Virus record (IMG/VR): IMGVR_UViG_3300021256_000003
Span: 1-64,000 of that record
Length of the DNA stretch: 64,000 nucleotides
Source of the DNA: a virus
Lineage: Duplodnaviria; Heunggongvirae; Uroviricota; Caudoviricetes
Direction: 5' to 3' (one strand)
In this document: positions 1-8,969 of the stretch, in pieces
Layout of the letters: each line of letters begins with the position of its first letter
Position numbering within the stretch: position 1 is the stretch's first letter
Notes under the pieces: generated by a model
Databases searched by the model: none
The model's input: the letters and a program-made list of their open reading frames with translations, nothing else
Told to the model about the DNA's origin: nothing
Made by a program: the position numbers and the translations under genes

Positions 1-1
1 G

Positions 2-220
2 GGGGGGCATAAGGAAGATTTTGCCTCTCGATTAAACAAAGTCAAATCTGTCTTTCTACAGGCGTTTAATGAAGCCCAACAGCTTTCATCAGAATTGAAA
101 GATAGTATATCTCAGAAAGAGAAAACTATCCAAGCAATTCAACTGGAGAAAGAATCTCTCAATAAAATGCTTGTCGATAATGACAGATTCATTTCAAATT
201 TAAAACAATTTGTTGAATGA
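2..220 (+). CDS. 3' fragment of a gene starting upstream of the window (coiled-coil-like, ...LEKESLNKMLVDNDRFISNLKQFVE*)
   Basis: Frame 2 is open from the window edge to TGA at 218-220. No Met, so it is absent from the ORF track. Its stop overlaps the next ATG (ATGA). Confidence 0.4.
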   Translation, partial: GGHKEDFASRLNKVKSVFLQAFNEAQQLSSELKDSISQKEKTIQAIQLEKESLNKMLVDNDRFISNLKQFVE

Positions 221-426
221 ACAGTAAAAAATTCTTATTGTTTGCTGTCTGGGTTGTTATAACGTTTTTAGTTTTAGCAGCTTGTAACAGCGGCTTAAAT
301 GCACCTAGTACAATTACAGCTATACTAGGATTCCTAGGTATAGCAGTATGGATTGTAATTTCTATCAAAACACAGTTCTTTACGAATTGGACAAATATTA
401 AAATATTTAAAAACAAGAAAAAATGA
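217..426 (+). CDS. small membrane protein (two predicted TM helices)
   Basis: 69 aa ORF with a hydrophobic core, overlapping its neighbours in operon style. Confidence 0.35.
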   Translation: MNSKKFLLFAVWVVITFLVLAACNSGLNAPSTITAILGFLGIAVWIVISIKTQFFTNWTNIKIFKNKKK

Positions 427-1208
427 AAAGATTCTTTAAATTGTTTAGCCTTGTGGCTATGATTGGTCTTCTGATGACCTCGTGTGTAACCAAAGTTGAC
501 CCTGCTGCCGAGGGTATTAAAGTTAAGCTTGTCGGAAGTGAGCGTGGTGTTGACGATGTCACTCTCGTTTCTGGATGGGTATGGTATAATCCATTTACAA
601 CTCAAATCTACGAGTATCCCAATTACGTACAGACAGTAGACTATGAGCCATTTGAACTAAACTCGAAGGATGGTTCTCGTTTTACCGTTGATCCTACTAT
701 CTTGATTCAATTGGATAAAGGTGAAGGTCCTATTGTATTTAAAAAGTATCGTAAGGAACTCGAAGACGTTCTTGCTAGTACAATATTTACTTATGTTAAG
801 GACGCATATCGAATTGAGCTTAATAAATATACAGCCGACGAGCTGATTAGTAATCGTAATCAATTTGAATCGGATGTGCAGGCTCATCTTGATACTATTC
901 TTGAACGTGAACATTTCCATTTAAGTCAAGTTACTTCAGGTCTTGCCTATCCCGAAAGTCTTGTTCAGTCAATTGATATGAAGAATAAGGTTGTTCAGGA
1001 TAAATTAAGAGCTGATAACGAAGTTGAACTTGCTAAAGCGGAAGCAGAGAAACTTATTGTAAAGGCTAAGGCAGAGGCTGAAGCTAATAGACTTCGTACT
1101 CAAGCATTGACACCTCAAGTCTTGGAGAAAGCTTGGATTGATAAGTGGGATGGTAAACTTCCTGTTTATGGAACTGTTCCCACAATGTTTAAAGACATTT
1201 CTAAATAA
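423..1208 (+). CDS. lipoprotein with SPFH/band-7 (prohibitin-like) domain
   Basis: Signal peptide plus lipobox (LLMTSC). The C-terminal EAEKLIVKAKAEAEANRLRTQA coiled coil and the region ahead of it resemble SPFH-domain proteins. Confidence 0.45.
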   Translation: MKRFFKLFSLVAMIGLLMTSCVTKVDPAAEGIKVKLVGSERGVDDVTLVSGWVWYNPFTTQIYEYPNYVQTVDYEPFELNSKDGSRFTVDPTILIQLDKGEGPIVFKKYRKELEDVLASTIFTYVKDAYRIELNKYTADELISNRNQFESDVQAHLDTILEREHFHLSQVTSGLAYPESLVQSIDMKNKVVQDKLRADNEVELAKAEAEKLIVKAKAEAEANRLRTQALTPQVLEKAWIDKWDGKLPVYGTVPTMFKDISK

Positions 1209-1217
1209 GACATAAAA

Positions 1218-1484
1218 ATGTTTTGGATCATCTGTATTATAATAGCAATCATATTTGTTGTTTCTACTGTTCGTAATATGTACGAAATTTCCTATAATGG
1301 AAATGAGGAAAAAATTACTCTATCAAGAGGAATGTGGTTGCTTATTATTATGGCTTGTTTCATTCCAATTATAAATTTAGCAGGTACCATTACATTTTGT
1401 ATACTTCTTATATGTTTAAGAGAAGATTATAAAGTTAAAGGCCCTATAGGTAAATTTATAAATTGGTTAACAACTAAAGTTTAA
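1218..1484 (+). CDS. small membrane protein, possible holin
   Basis: 88 aa with 2-3 TM segments, immediately upstream of a muramidase-type gene. Confidence 0.35.
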   Translation: MFWIICIIIAIIFVVSTVRNMYEISYNGNEEKITLSRGMWLLIIMACFIPIINLAGTITFCILLICLREDYKVKGPIGKFINWLTTKV

Positions 1485-1512
1485 TTAATTAAAATTCTTC
1501 CCTCCTCTCATT

Positions 1513-2034
1513 ATGATAAAAAATTCAGACGACAACTTTTTATTATTTCCTATTATTTTTGTAATAGGAAGTATATTTCTAGCTGTATCCATTTTAACAT
1601 TCATAGATCACAATGATCGTTTGGATGTTCTTGAACAAAGTAGAGAAACTAGTTCAATAGAAGTTCGTCTGGAGAATCCAGAATTTCTACTTTGTGGACC
1701 TAAGGATGGATTAATGGATGCTTTACTCTATTATAATATTCCTAATCCGGATATAGTATGGTGTCAGGCTTTTCTAGAAACAGGGAATTTCCTCTCTGAA
1801 AGATGTATAATTGACAATAATTTGTTTGGCCTCTATAATACTAAATTAAAACGATATATGCAATTTGACCATTGGTCAACTAGTATTAAAGCTTATAAAA
1901 CATTCTTTTCAGACAAATGGAACCCTGATGAAAACTACTATGAATATTTAGAACGAATAAAGTATGCTAAAAATGATCCTAATTATATCTCAAAGTTAAA
2001 AGAAATTCACAAACAGTTCTTTGAAATAAAATAA
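1513..2034 (+). CDS. endolysin, GH73 N-acetylglucosaminidase family, with N-terminal signal-anchor (SAR-like)
   Basis: WCQAFLETGNFLSERCIIDNNLFGL matches the GH73 Q-A-x-LE-T-G...NNLFGIK signature. An N-terminal TM helix precedes it. Confidence 0.65.
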   Translation: MIKNSDDNFLLFPIIFVIGSIFLAVSILTFIDHNDRLDVLEQSRETSSIEVRLENPEFLLCGPKDGLMDALLYYNIPNPDIVWCQAFLETGNFLSERCIIDNNLFGLYNTKLKRYMQFDHWSTSIKAYKTFFSDKWNPDENYYEYLERIKYAKNDPNYISKLKEIHKQFFEIK

Positions 2035-2068
2035 ATACATGTGGCAATCTTAATTGGTTGCCACTTAT

Positions 2069-2143
2069 GGGAACTTAGCTCAGCTGGTTCAGAGCATCTG
2101 ATTTACATTCAGAAGGTCATCCGTTCAAATCGGATAGTTCCCA
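2069..2143 (+). tRNA. tRNA-Val (anticodon TAC)
   Basis: Cloverleaf folded by hand: acceptor GGGAACT/AGTTCCC, D arm GCTC..GAGC, anticodon stem TCTGA/TCAGA with loop TTTACAT, T arm ATCCG-TTCAAAT-CGGAT. Confidence 0.8.
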
Positions 2144-2259
2144 CAAAATTTAAATAAATTAACATGGAAATACAATTTGATATTGAACCTACATGTTCTG
2201 CTGAATTAATGGATCAAATTTCATTTATTTCTGGAGAATAATAAAAAAATTAATTAGAT

Positions 2260-2505
2260 ATGAGAACACTTCCCAGCATTTTAAATATTAAAGGAAAAGA
2301 GTATATTTTGGAAGAATGCCATATTCCCGAATCAGACAAATTCATTCCTAATTGGTGGTCATTTTCTTATAGAAAACTAAATAGTGGTCTTCCTCCAAAA
2401 GTTTCTAATGGAAAATATTTCTATTTTCTATGCTCGTGTGAAGAAACAAAAGAAGCTGCTTATAATGACTTATTAGACCGTGTAAATTCAATGGTAAATG
2501 GTTGA
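2260..2505 (+). CDS. hypothetical protein
   Basis: 81 aa ORF overlapping the next ORF by 8 nt. Confidence 0.4.
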   Translation: MRTLPSILNIKGKEYILEECHIPESDKFIPNWWSFSYRKLNSGLPPKVSNGKYFYFLCSCEETKEAAYNDLLDRVNSMVNG

Positions 2506-3106
2506 TAATTTTATTCAAATTAATTCTTTAATTAACAACTCTTTTAGTAAAGTACCAGATAAATCTGATGCTTACTATCATTTACAAATTCTACAACGAA
2601 AGAAAGAAAATCCCAATTCAGGATCAAATTCTAAATTAATTAAAGCTTATTTGATTGATGAAAATCATTCAATAGACTATTATAAAGATCGTATTATAAG
2701 ATATTGTAATGAATTTAATGCAAGAGCTTATATTAACCCTTCTCCAAAGTCTAAGCGAGCAACTGCTATTCAAATGTTAAATGAAATAGCTGATTGTTTT
2801 CGAAAGAATGATTTTAATTATCTTCAGAGATTATGGGATTCATCTGCTGGAAAAGTAGGAGCTATCGATAAATATTGGGTAATTGATTGTGATTATTCCG
2901 ATACTTTTAATGATAGAACTATTAACGATGTTGTTAATTTTATAGATCGAGAATGTATGCCTGAAGGTAGTAAATTTGTTGCGTGTATTCCAACTAAAAA
3001 TGGAAAACATATTATAACAAAACCTTTTGATTTGCAACATTTTAAAACTGTGTATCCTGATATTGAAGTACATAAGAATAATCCTACTGTACTTTATATT
3101 CCTTAA
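2498..3106 (+). CDS. hypothetical protein
   Basis: 202 aa ORF with no recognised motif. Confidence 0.45.
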   Translation: MVDNFIQINSLINNSFSKVPDKSDAYYHLQILQRKKENPNSGSNSKLIKAYLIDENHSIDYYKDRIIRYCNEFNARAYINPSPKSKRATAIQMLNEIADCFRKNDFNYLQRLWDSSAGKVGAIDKYWVIDCDYSDTFNDRTINDVVNFIDRECMPEGSKFVACIPTKNGKHIITKPFDLQHFKTVYPDIEVHKNNPTVLYIP

Positions 3107-3370
3107 TAAACTAAATATGTCTGATACTCTTGTTATTAATTCTAAGGACCAACTGGAGAAATATTTAAAGAAATATAATTGTAAAACAGTTGATGAATTA
3201 GATGAACTTCTTTGGTATAACTATGGAGTTACTCTACAAGTTAATATTAAAAAATATAAATATGGGTCTTGAATAGAGACGGTTGTTCTTTGTTCATAGT
3301 TTTATAGTACTGGTTGTGTAGGACCTATAGTATTATAAAATCCCTAGTATAGCTACACCTATACTTTTAT

Positions 3371-3442
3371 GGCCTCATCGTCTAGTTGGTCAGGACGTAA
3401 GATTTTCATTCTTAAAACGGGAGATCGTGCCTCCCTGAGGCT
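3371..3442 (+). tRNA. tRNA-Glu (anticodon TTC), atypical T-loop
   Basis: Acceptor GGCCTCA/TGAGGCT (G1-T72 wobble), D arm GTCT..GGAC, anticodon stem TAAGA/TCTTA with loop TTTTCAT. The T-loop ATCGTGC is non-canonical. Confidence 0.65.
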
Positions 3443-3575
3443 ACTAAAATATAAACTAATATGCAGACAACTTATTATTTATTGCAATCTTTGTTTCTTT
3501 CTGATAAAGAATATAAAGAAATAAAGAAATTAATTGAACAAGCTAATAAACTTTCACAAGAAATAGATAAATTAT

Positions 3576-3989
3576 ATGAAGACGTACATCACACAACGGA
3601 AACCACAGTTTCGGAGTATTAGAAACTCTAATGGAACTACTACAATTGAATGTTTGATTGTAGCACAATTAAATGTAGCTAAACTACAAAAACATTTTCC
3701 TTATCTCAATATAAAGGCGTTATGTCATAGTGTAATGCCTCGTTATCATGTATTTTCTGTACATAGAGGTTATGCAACTTGTTCATTGAATGATAAGTTT
3801 GATGAATCAAAGGGAAAACATCTTGCTGAATCAAGAGCAAAAACAAAGATGTATTCTCACTATACAGAAATGTTTAAGCACATACAGACAAAATTAAAGA
3901 AAAACTGGCTTGGAATAACATCTATTAGAACCAAAATCTTATCTTGTTTTGCCCACGAAATAAATCATGTTTCTGAATTGGTAAAATAA
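3576..3989 (+). CDS. hypothetical protein
   Basis: 137 aa ORF. An alternative 56 aa ORF (3461-3631) overlaps its start in another frame. Confidence 0.4.
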   Translation: MKTYITQRKPQFRSIRNSNGTTTIECLIVAQLNVAKLQKHFPYLNIKALCHSVMPRYHVFSVHRGYATCSLNDKFDESKGKHLAESRAKTKMYSHYTEMFKHIQTKLKKNWLGITSIRTKILSCFAHEINHVSELVK

Positions 3990-3995
3990 CATTAA

Positions 3996-4026
3996 GGCGT
4001 TGCTTAATAAGTGACGCCTTTTATTA
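3996..4026 (+). terminator. rho-independent terminator hairpin
   Basis: AAGGCGT-loop-ACGCCTT followed by TTTTATT. Confidence 0.55.
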
Positions 4027-4031
4027 TATTT

Positions 4032-4430
4032 GGGGATGACGTGGTTTTGACAGTAATTACAGAAGTATATAAGCATGTAGACCTCAATACTAAGCAAGTC
4101 TTAAAACTACTGGTAAATAAATTTAATTGGCAATAGCCATCGTAACATCATCAGCCTCTATAACGAGAGAAAAGCTGCCTGACCTGAAGAACAGTAAGGA
4201 TCAAGGACCTAATTTTATTAAGAATAGTTATCGCTTAATATATTATTAGGTTTGATAAGGTTAAAGGATAATTTGCAATTGTAATCTATCCGAATTATAA
4301 TTAAAGATTAGGATGTAGTATAAATGAATTTTGTTAATTTGCTAGTTTATACGAAACACTAAAATTAACTAAACATGTAGAAAGTATATCATGAATTATT
4401 TGGACTCGGGTTCGACTCCCGACATCTCCA
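4032..4430 (+). ncRNA. ssrA: tmRNA (ssrA), phage-encoded
   Basis: 5' end GGGGATGACGTGGTTTTGACAG compared with E. coli GGGGCTGATTCTGGATTCGACGGG. 3' tRNA-like domain GGACTCGGGTTCGACTCCCGACATCTCCA compared with E. coli GGACGCGGGTTCAACTCCCGCCAGCTCCACCA. Acceptor GGGGATG/CATCTCC includes a G3:U70 wobble, which is the alanine identity element. An internal tag-like frame ...NIISLYNERKAA ends at TGA 4180-4182. Confidence 0.8.
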
Positions 4431-4451
4431 CTAATAAAAAAAATAAAAAAA

Positions 4452-4685
4452 ATGATCACAATCAGTAAAATTGGAAACAATCCTAAAGAAGTTGGTGTAT
4501 GCCACACTGTTGAGGAAGCTAATACTTTATTAGATTCTCAACCAGAAATAAAGAATTCATTATATCAGCGAATAATGGAAGCTGAAGATGGTCTTATGAT
4601 AGATTATGGTAGCCATAATACTTTCTTTTTAATAAAAGGAGTTAATTATAAAGAATTTATACAAAAATTTAAGGGTAATGGGTAA
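4452..4685 (+). CDS. hypothetical protein
   Basis: 77 aa ORF. Confidence 0.4.
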   Translation: MITISKIGNNPKEVGVCHTVEEANTLLDSQPEIKNSLYQRIMEAEDGLMIDYGSHNTFFLIKGVNYKEFIQKFKGNG

Positions 4686-5202
4686 TATATTCTTTACATC
4701 AGACCCACACTTTGGACATATTAATTTACAAAAGAGTCTTCGTGGATTTGAATCTGATGAACTAATTATAGAAAATTGGAATAAAGTAGTACGTAGTAAA
4801 AAGGATAGAGTTTATGTTCTTGGCGATTTTTGTATGCAAAAACCATCTGTTATTCGAGCAATTTTGCCAAAATTAAAAGGCGAAATTATTTTAATAGGCG
4901 GAAATCATGATAATTTACCTTGTAGTCGAGAATTTATGAGACAAGGTATTCCTATTATAGGATCACTAAATCTTCATGACCTTATATTTACGCATATTCC
5001 AATTCATCCTACTCAACTTGAATTTGGATTAAAAGGAAATGTTCATGGACATATTCACGTTGAAGGAAATATAGAAGGAAGAAAATATGCCCCACAAACT
5101 ATCACTGATCCTCGATATTTTAATGTAAATCTTGAATTTCATAACTATCAATTAGTTTCAATTGATACTATTGATAAATATTATCAACAATTAAATAAAT
5201 AA
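4678..5202 (+). CDS. calcineurin-like metallophosphoesterase
   Basis: Motifs SDPHFGH, VLGDFC and GGNHDN correspond to GDxHG / GDxxDRG / GNHE. Confidence 0.7.
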   Translation: MGNIFFTSDPHFGHINLQKSLRGFESDELIIENWNKVVRSKKDRVYVLGDFCMQKPSVIRAILPKLKGEIILIGGNHDNLPCSREFMRQGIPIIGSLNLHDLIFTHIPIHPTQLEFGLKGNVHGHIHVEGNIEGRKYAPQTITDPRYFNVNLEFHNYQLVSIDTIDKYYQQLNK

Positions 5203-5204
5203 CT

Positions 5205-5702
5205 ATGCTCGGTTTACTTTTTATCTTCATAGGAGTTACAATAACTAATGTAATCACCTATACGTTAAAATCTATTATTACTATTAAGGGTAATAAGTTA
5301 TCTGCTGCATTTATAAATGCAATTAACTCTGCAGTATATATGTTACTTATTATTTATACTGTAAGTGACTTACCTATGTGGATAAAAGTTGTAACAACTA
5401 TGATATGTAATTTTGTTGGAGTTTATATAATTAAGTTGTTAGAAGAAAAAACACAAAAAGATAAATTGTGGAAAGTAGAAGCAACAATTAAATTATATGA
5501 TAAAGATAAAATTATTAATTCTCTACGCGTACACAATCTTCCATGTAGTTATTTTCCTATTACCAACCCTAATGCAAAGATGGGAGACCGAATGGAAATA
5601 AACATATATTGTAGAACCCAACAAGAATCTAAACTAGCTAAAGAAGTTTTAGATGCTTATGATACTAACTATTTTGTAGCTGAAAGTAAAACGTTAATCT
5701 GA
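5205..5702 (+). CDS. membrane protein
   Basis: 165 aa with three N-terminal TM helices. Confidence 0.4.
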   Translation: MLGLLFIFIGVTITNVITYTLKSIITIKGNKLSAAFINAINSAVYMLLIIYTVSDLPMWIKVVTTMICNFVGVYIIKLLEEKTQKDKLWKVEATIKLYDKDKIINSLRVHNLPCSYFPITNPNAKMGDRMEINIYCRTQQESKLAKEVLDAYDTNYFVAESKTLI

Positions 5703-6139
5703 TGGATAATCTTGACTGGATTACTAGATTGAATGGGTTATGTAAATCTCTTGATCAGGTTTACCGAATTAACAGTGGTGGTTGTGCAAAAGTAGCTTAT
5801 TATATAGCAAAGGAATTACATAAGCAACATATACCCTATGCTATAAAGGTTTATTTTGGAAACGATTTAACAAAAAAAGATAAACGTAAATTATCTAAAA
5901 CAGGACCTTTTAATAGTACAATTGATAAATATTATTGGACACATTTAGCTATTGTAGTTCAAAATAAGACAATTAATAGCTATTTTAGTAATTCTTATGT
6001 TGTCATAAATACTCCACATGATCTTCGATGGTTAAAGGCTTTTATAGATAATCATGAGTTTAATCCAATTTATGGAACTTCTAATAATCATATTGTTAAA
6101 TCTTACATTAAAGAATTTTTTAAAAATAATATAATATGA
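5702..6139 (+). CDS. hypothetical protein
   Basis: 145 aa ORF. Confidence 0.4.
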   Translation: MDNLDWITRLNGLCKSLDQVYRINSGGCAKVAYYIAKELHKQHIPYAIKVYFGNDLTKKDKRKLSKTGPFNSTIDKYYWTHLAIVVQNKTINSYFSNSYVVINTPHDLRWLKAFIDNHEFNPIYGTSNNHIVKSYIKEFFKNNII

Positions 6140-6957
6140 GTAGCGGTAAAGTAAAAGGAGTACAATATTACTCCAAAATTAATACTTGCTTCAAACGCGA
6201 TATGGATCACTCATCTAAGTTTTATAATTGTATCCAGCCAAACGAAACTTTATCAACTCCAGAATTGGATTATTTTAGAAAGGTTGGATTAAAATTTGAA
6301 GCAACAGAAAAAATTGATGGTGAATGCACATCAATTCATCTGATTCCTCATGTAAACTGTCAAGGACAAACTTGGAAGGATATTGCAGGTAATGAACATT
6401 GGGTTATTGATCATTATACCGTAGAAGTTCATGGTAAGACTAGTGCTGCTTCTATGAGAACGGAAGAAGTAGAACTTCTCCAAAAGATAGGAGATCTTGG
6501 TACTCTTCTTAGTATTTTCTCACAAAAGAAAACAATAACTAACGGTGAACAAACTCAAGATGTGGTATTACCTCCGGAGTCTGAAATTATCATCTTCGGA
6601 GAAACTTATGGTAAGAGAATGCAGAAAGTTGGAAATCGATATGATTCTCAAAAATTAAATTTTATCTGTTTTGATATAAAAATAGGTAATATTTGGTTAA
6701 TGAGGGATTCAATTGAAGATATTTGTAATAAACTAAATATTCAAGCAGTTCCGTTTATAGGAATGTTTACTATTGATGAAGCTATTGAATATGTAAGAAA
6801 AGGTTTTAAATCTACAATTAGCGAAGATTCAACTCTTGAAGCTGAAGGTTTGGTGCTAAAAGCTCCACTTGGTATTCTTACTCGTCTTGGAGGACGTATT
6901 ATTACTAAGATAAAAACTAAAGATTTTCAGGATTTGGAACGTGCTACTAACAGTTAA
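6136..6957 (+). CDS. ATP-dependent RNA ligase (nucleotidyltransferase superfamily)
   Basis: Motif I KIDG (ATEKIDGECTSIH), motif IV EGLVLK and motif V ITKIKTK. Its 273 aa length and the presence of a separate DNA ligase favour an RNA ligase. Confidence 0.55.
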   Translation: MSSGKVKGVQYYSKINTCFKRDMDHSSKFYNCIQPNETLSTPELDYFRKVGLKFEATEKIDGECTSIHLIPHVNCQGQTWKDIAGNEHWVIDHYTVEVHGKTSAASMRTEEVELLQKIGDLGTLLSIFSQKKTITNGEQTQDVVLPPESEIIIFGETYGKRMQKVGNRYDSQKLNFICFDIKIGNIWLMRDSIEDICNKLNIQAVPFIGMFTIDEAIEYVRKGFKSTISEDSTLEAEGLVLKAPLGILTRLGGRIITKIKTKDFQDLERATNS

Positions 6958-6960
6958 TTT

Positions 6961-7656
6961 ATGGAAAAGAAAACTTCAATAACAGTTAGTGCGTTTTCTG
7001 ATTTGCATGGAAATCTCATTAACATCCCTGAATGCGATTTAGCTTTTATGTGTGGAGATTTCTCTCCAGTACAATATGATCGTAATTTAATAGCAGTCGC
7101 AATGTGGATACAGAATTTTATGATTCCTTGGCTTAAAGAGCAAAAGAAAAATTACGATAAATTTATCTTTATTGCAGGGAATCATGATTTCATTTGTGAA
7201 TCTGAAGAATGGAAAGACTGGTTTCAAAATCAGTTAAAAGAAAATGGTCTTGGAGACTCTGTAATTTATTTAGAGGATTCAACTTATAACTATAAAGGAA
7301 TTGACATTTATGGATGTCCTCATTCAGAGATATATGGTTGGGCTTTCTACAGTGGAGATTATAAGGATTACATTCCATCTCCCCAAGCTGACATTATGTT
7401 AGTTCATGCCGCACCAAATATTGGAGGATTAGGAGATACAATACTAGGAGGTTATCCTAGATCATTTGGATCTAATTGTCTTGTAAATGGAATCACTACT
7501 CCTTGTTTAAATCTTCAATATCTATTTTGTGGACACATTCATGGAGGAAGTCATAGACCTTACAAACATGAGAATATCACTATGTATAATGTTTCTATCC
7601 TTGATGAACAATATCAAGTACATTATGAACCTTTAACTACGTCATTATGCTTTTAG
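6961..7656 (+). CDS. calcineurin-like metallophosphoesterase
   Basis: Motifs SDLHGN, CGDFS, IAGNHDF and GHIHGG. Confidence 0.65.
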   Translation: MEKKTSITVSAFSDLHGNLINIPECDLAFMCGDFSPVQYDRNLIAVAMWIQNFMIPWLKEQKKNYDKFIFIAGNHDFICESEEWKDWFQNQLKENGLGDSVIYLEDSTYNYKGIDIYGCPHSEIYGWAFYSGDYKDYIPSPQADIMLVHAAPNIGGLGDTILGGYPRSFGSNCLVNGITTPCLNLQYLFCGHIHGGSHRPYKHENITMYNVSILDEQYQVHYEPLTTSLCF

Positions 7657-7762
7657 CTGGTATAATTATAGCAATATTTGTTGTTTCTTTGGCTTTGATA
7701 TTTAAATCTTGGTTCGAAGAAACTGAAGACGCAATTGAAGACCCAGATCATTTTATTTCGCC

Positions 7763-8140
7763 ATGAAGAAGATTTTATTATTGTTTGTTTTGTTTTTTAG
7801 TTTTGTAGCTAATGCTCAACTAATTAACCCAACTTACTATGTTGTTAATAACCTTGGATACGATACATGTACTGTAGTTTATAATATAGATAGTATTAAA
7901 GAGATTACAGTAAGTGTTAATAATCAATTATTTTTGAGTTCTGATAAATGTTCAACTTGCTTTTATGTGTGGAATAGTGGAAATGATTTTACAGGTATAA
8001 CTATGGGATATGGATTTTATCAATATCTCGTAACTTATAATAAACCTGGTAATTATATATTAGAACTTACAAAATATCCAAGTGTTTCTGAAATGAAAGT
8101 ATTACACGATAAGATAAATATTATTGTAACTTCTCCATAA
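7763..8140 (+). CDS. secreted protein with signal peptide
   Basis: MKKILLLFVLFFSFVANAQ is a type I signal peptide. Confidence 0.45.
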   Translation: MKKILLLFVLFFSFVANAQLINPTYYVVNNLGYDTCTVVYNIDSIKEITVSVNNQLFLSSDKCSTCFYVWNSGNDFTGITMGYGFYQYLVTYNKPGNYILELTKYPSVSEMKVLHDKINIIVTSP

Positions 8141-8146
8141 ATTTAT

Positions 8147-8506
8147 ATGGGATTAGACATTTACTTTGAAAAGCGTAAAATTGGAAGTAATGAAAAACCC
8201 GTCGAGGTTGCATATTTCCGAAAAGTCAATTTCTTAGTTAGATACTTTGACTATGAAGATAATTGTAGTTATAAAGTTATATCTAAATCAGAAATTGTCG
8301 AATTATTAGATCGTTGTAAAGAAGTTTTAGATAATCACGAGTTGGCACAAGAACTACTACCGGTACAAGAAGGATTTTTCTTTGGAAGTTATGACTATGA
8401 TGAATACTATTTTGACGATGTAAAAAAAGTACAAGAAACATTTACACAATTAGTTGAAGAAATAGATTTTAACAAAGAGGAACTTCTAATGTATTGTTGG
8501 TGGTAG
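8147..8506 (+). CDS. hypothetical protein
   Basis: 119 aa ORF. Confidence 0.4.
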   Translation: MGLDIYFEKRKIGSNEKPVEVAYFRKVNFLVRYFDYEDNCSYKVISKSEIVELLDRCKEVLDNHELAQELLPVQEGFFFGSYDYDEYYFDDVKKVQETFTQLVEEIDFNKEELLMYCWW

Positions 8507-8507
8507 A

Positions 8508-8756
8508 ATGGATCAAGAAGTAATACAACAACTAACATCCATTTATCGAATAAAGGTAAAGTGGTGGAATGATAATTCAAATTCATCAGTATATTTAGAA
8601 TTTTATGATGTACAGATTGAAAATGATAGAACAAAAGTTATTTTGTTAATTACCTTTCCTTACTTTTTATCTGATTTAATGGATGTTTGTGTATATTTTC
8701 ATACAGAAGCAGAAAATTGCATAATTGAAAAAGATAAAGTTACTCTTATTATATGA
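8508..8756 (+). CDS. hypothetical protein
   Basis: 82 aa ORF. Confidence 0.35.
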   Translation: MDQEVIQQLTSIYRIKVKWWNDNSNSSVYLEFYDVQIENDRTKVILLITFPYFLSDLMDVCVYFHTEAENCIIEKDKVTLII

Positions 8757-8968
8757 CTAGAGAACATTTTGTAACTGCATATCATTATGATATTATGGAT
8801 ATAAATTATCCATTAACCTGTCGTAATTGTGTACATTCGGATGGAAATTCATTATGCAAATTAATGATTAAATGGAATTGTCAAGATACATTGGTAGATC
8901 CACAAGGAAAATGTTTTAATCATGAGTTAAAACATAATAAGCCACATGAACAATTAACTTTATTTTAA
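8753..8968 (+). CDS. hypothetical Cys-rich protein
   Basis: 71 aa with CxxC-like pairs. Confidence 0.35.
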   Translation: MTREHFVTAYHYDIMDINYPLTCRNCVHSDGNSLCKLMIKWNCQDTLVDPQGKCFNHELKHNKPHEQLTLF

Positions 8969-8969
8969 T

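Noticed and set aside
1-7. Run of seven G at the very start of the window
   Set aside because: It is most likely a sequencing or assembly artefact (poly-G) or a contig-end effect. No biological structure could be tied to it.
189-605. 138-aa minus-strand ORF at the window start
   Set aside because: It overlaps three co-directional plus-strand genes including a lipoprotein with a clear signal peptide. No motif; likely spurious.
3290-3365. GTGTAG...CTACAC hairpin upstream of tRNA-Glu as a possible additional tRNA
   Set aside because: No T-loop or acceptor pairing is present. It is more likely a tRNA leader or processing hairpin.
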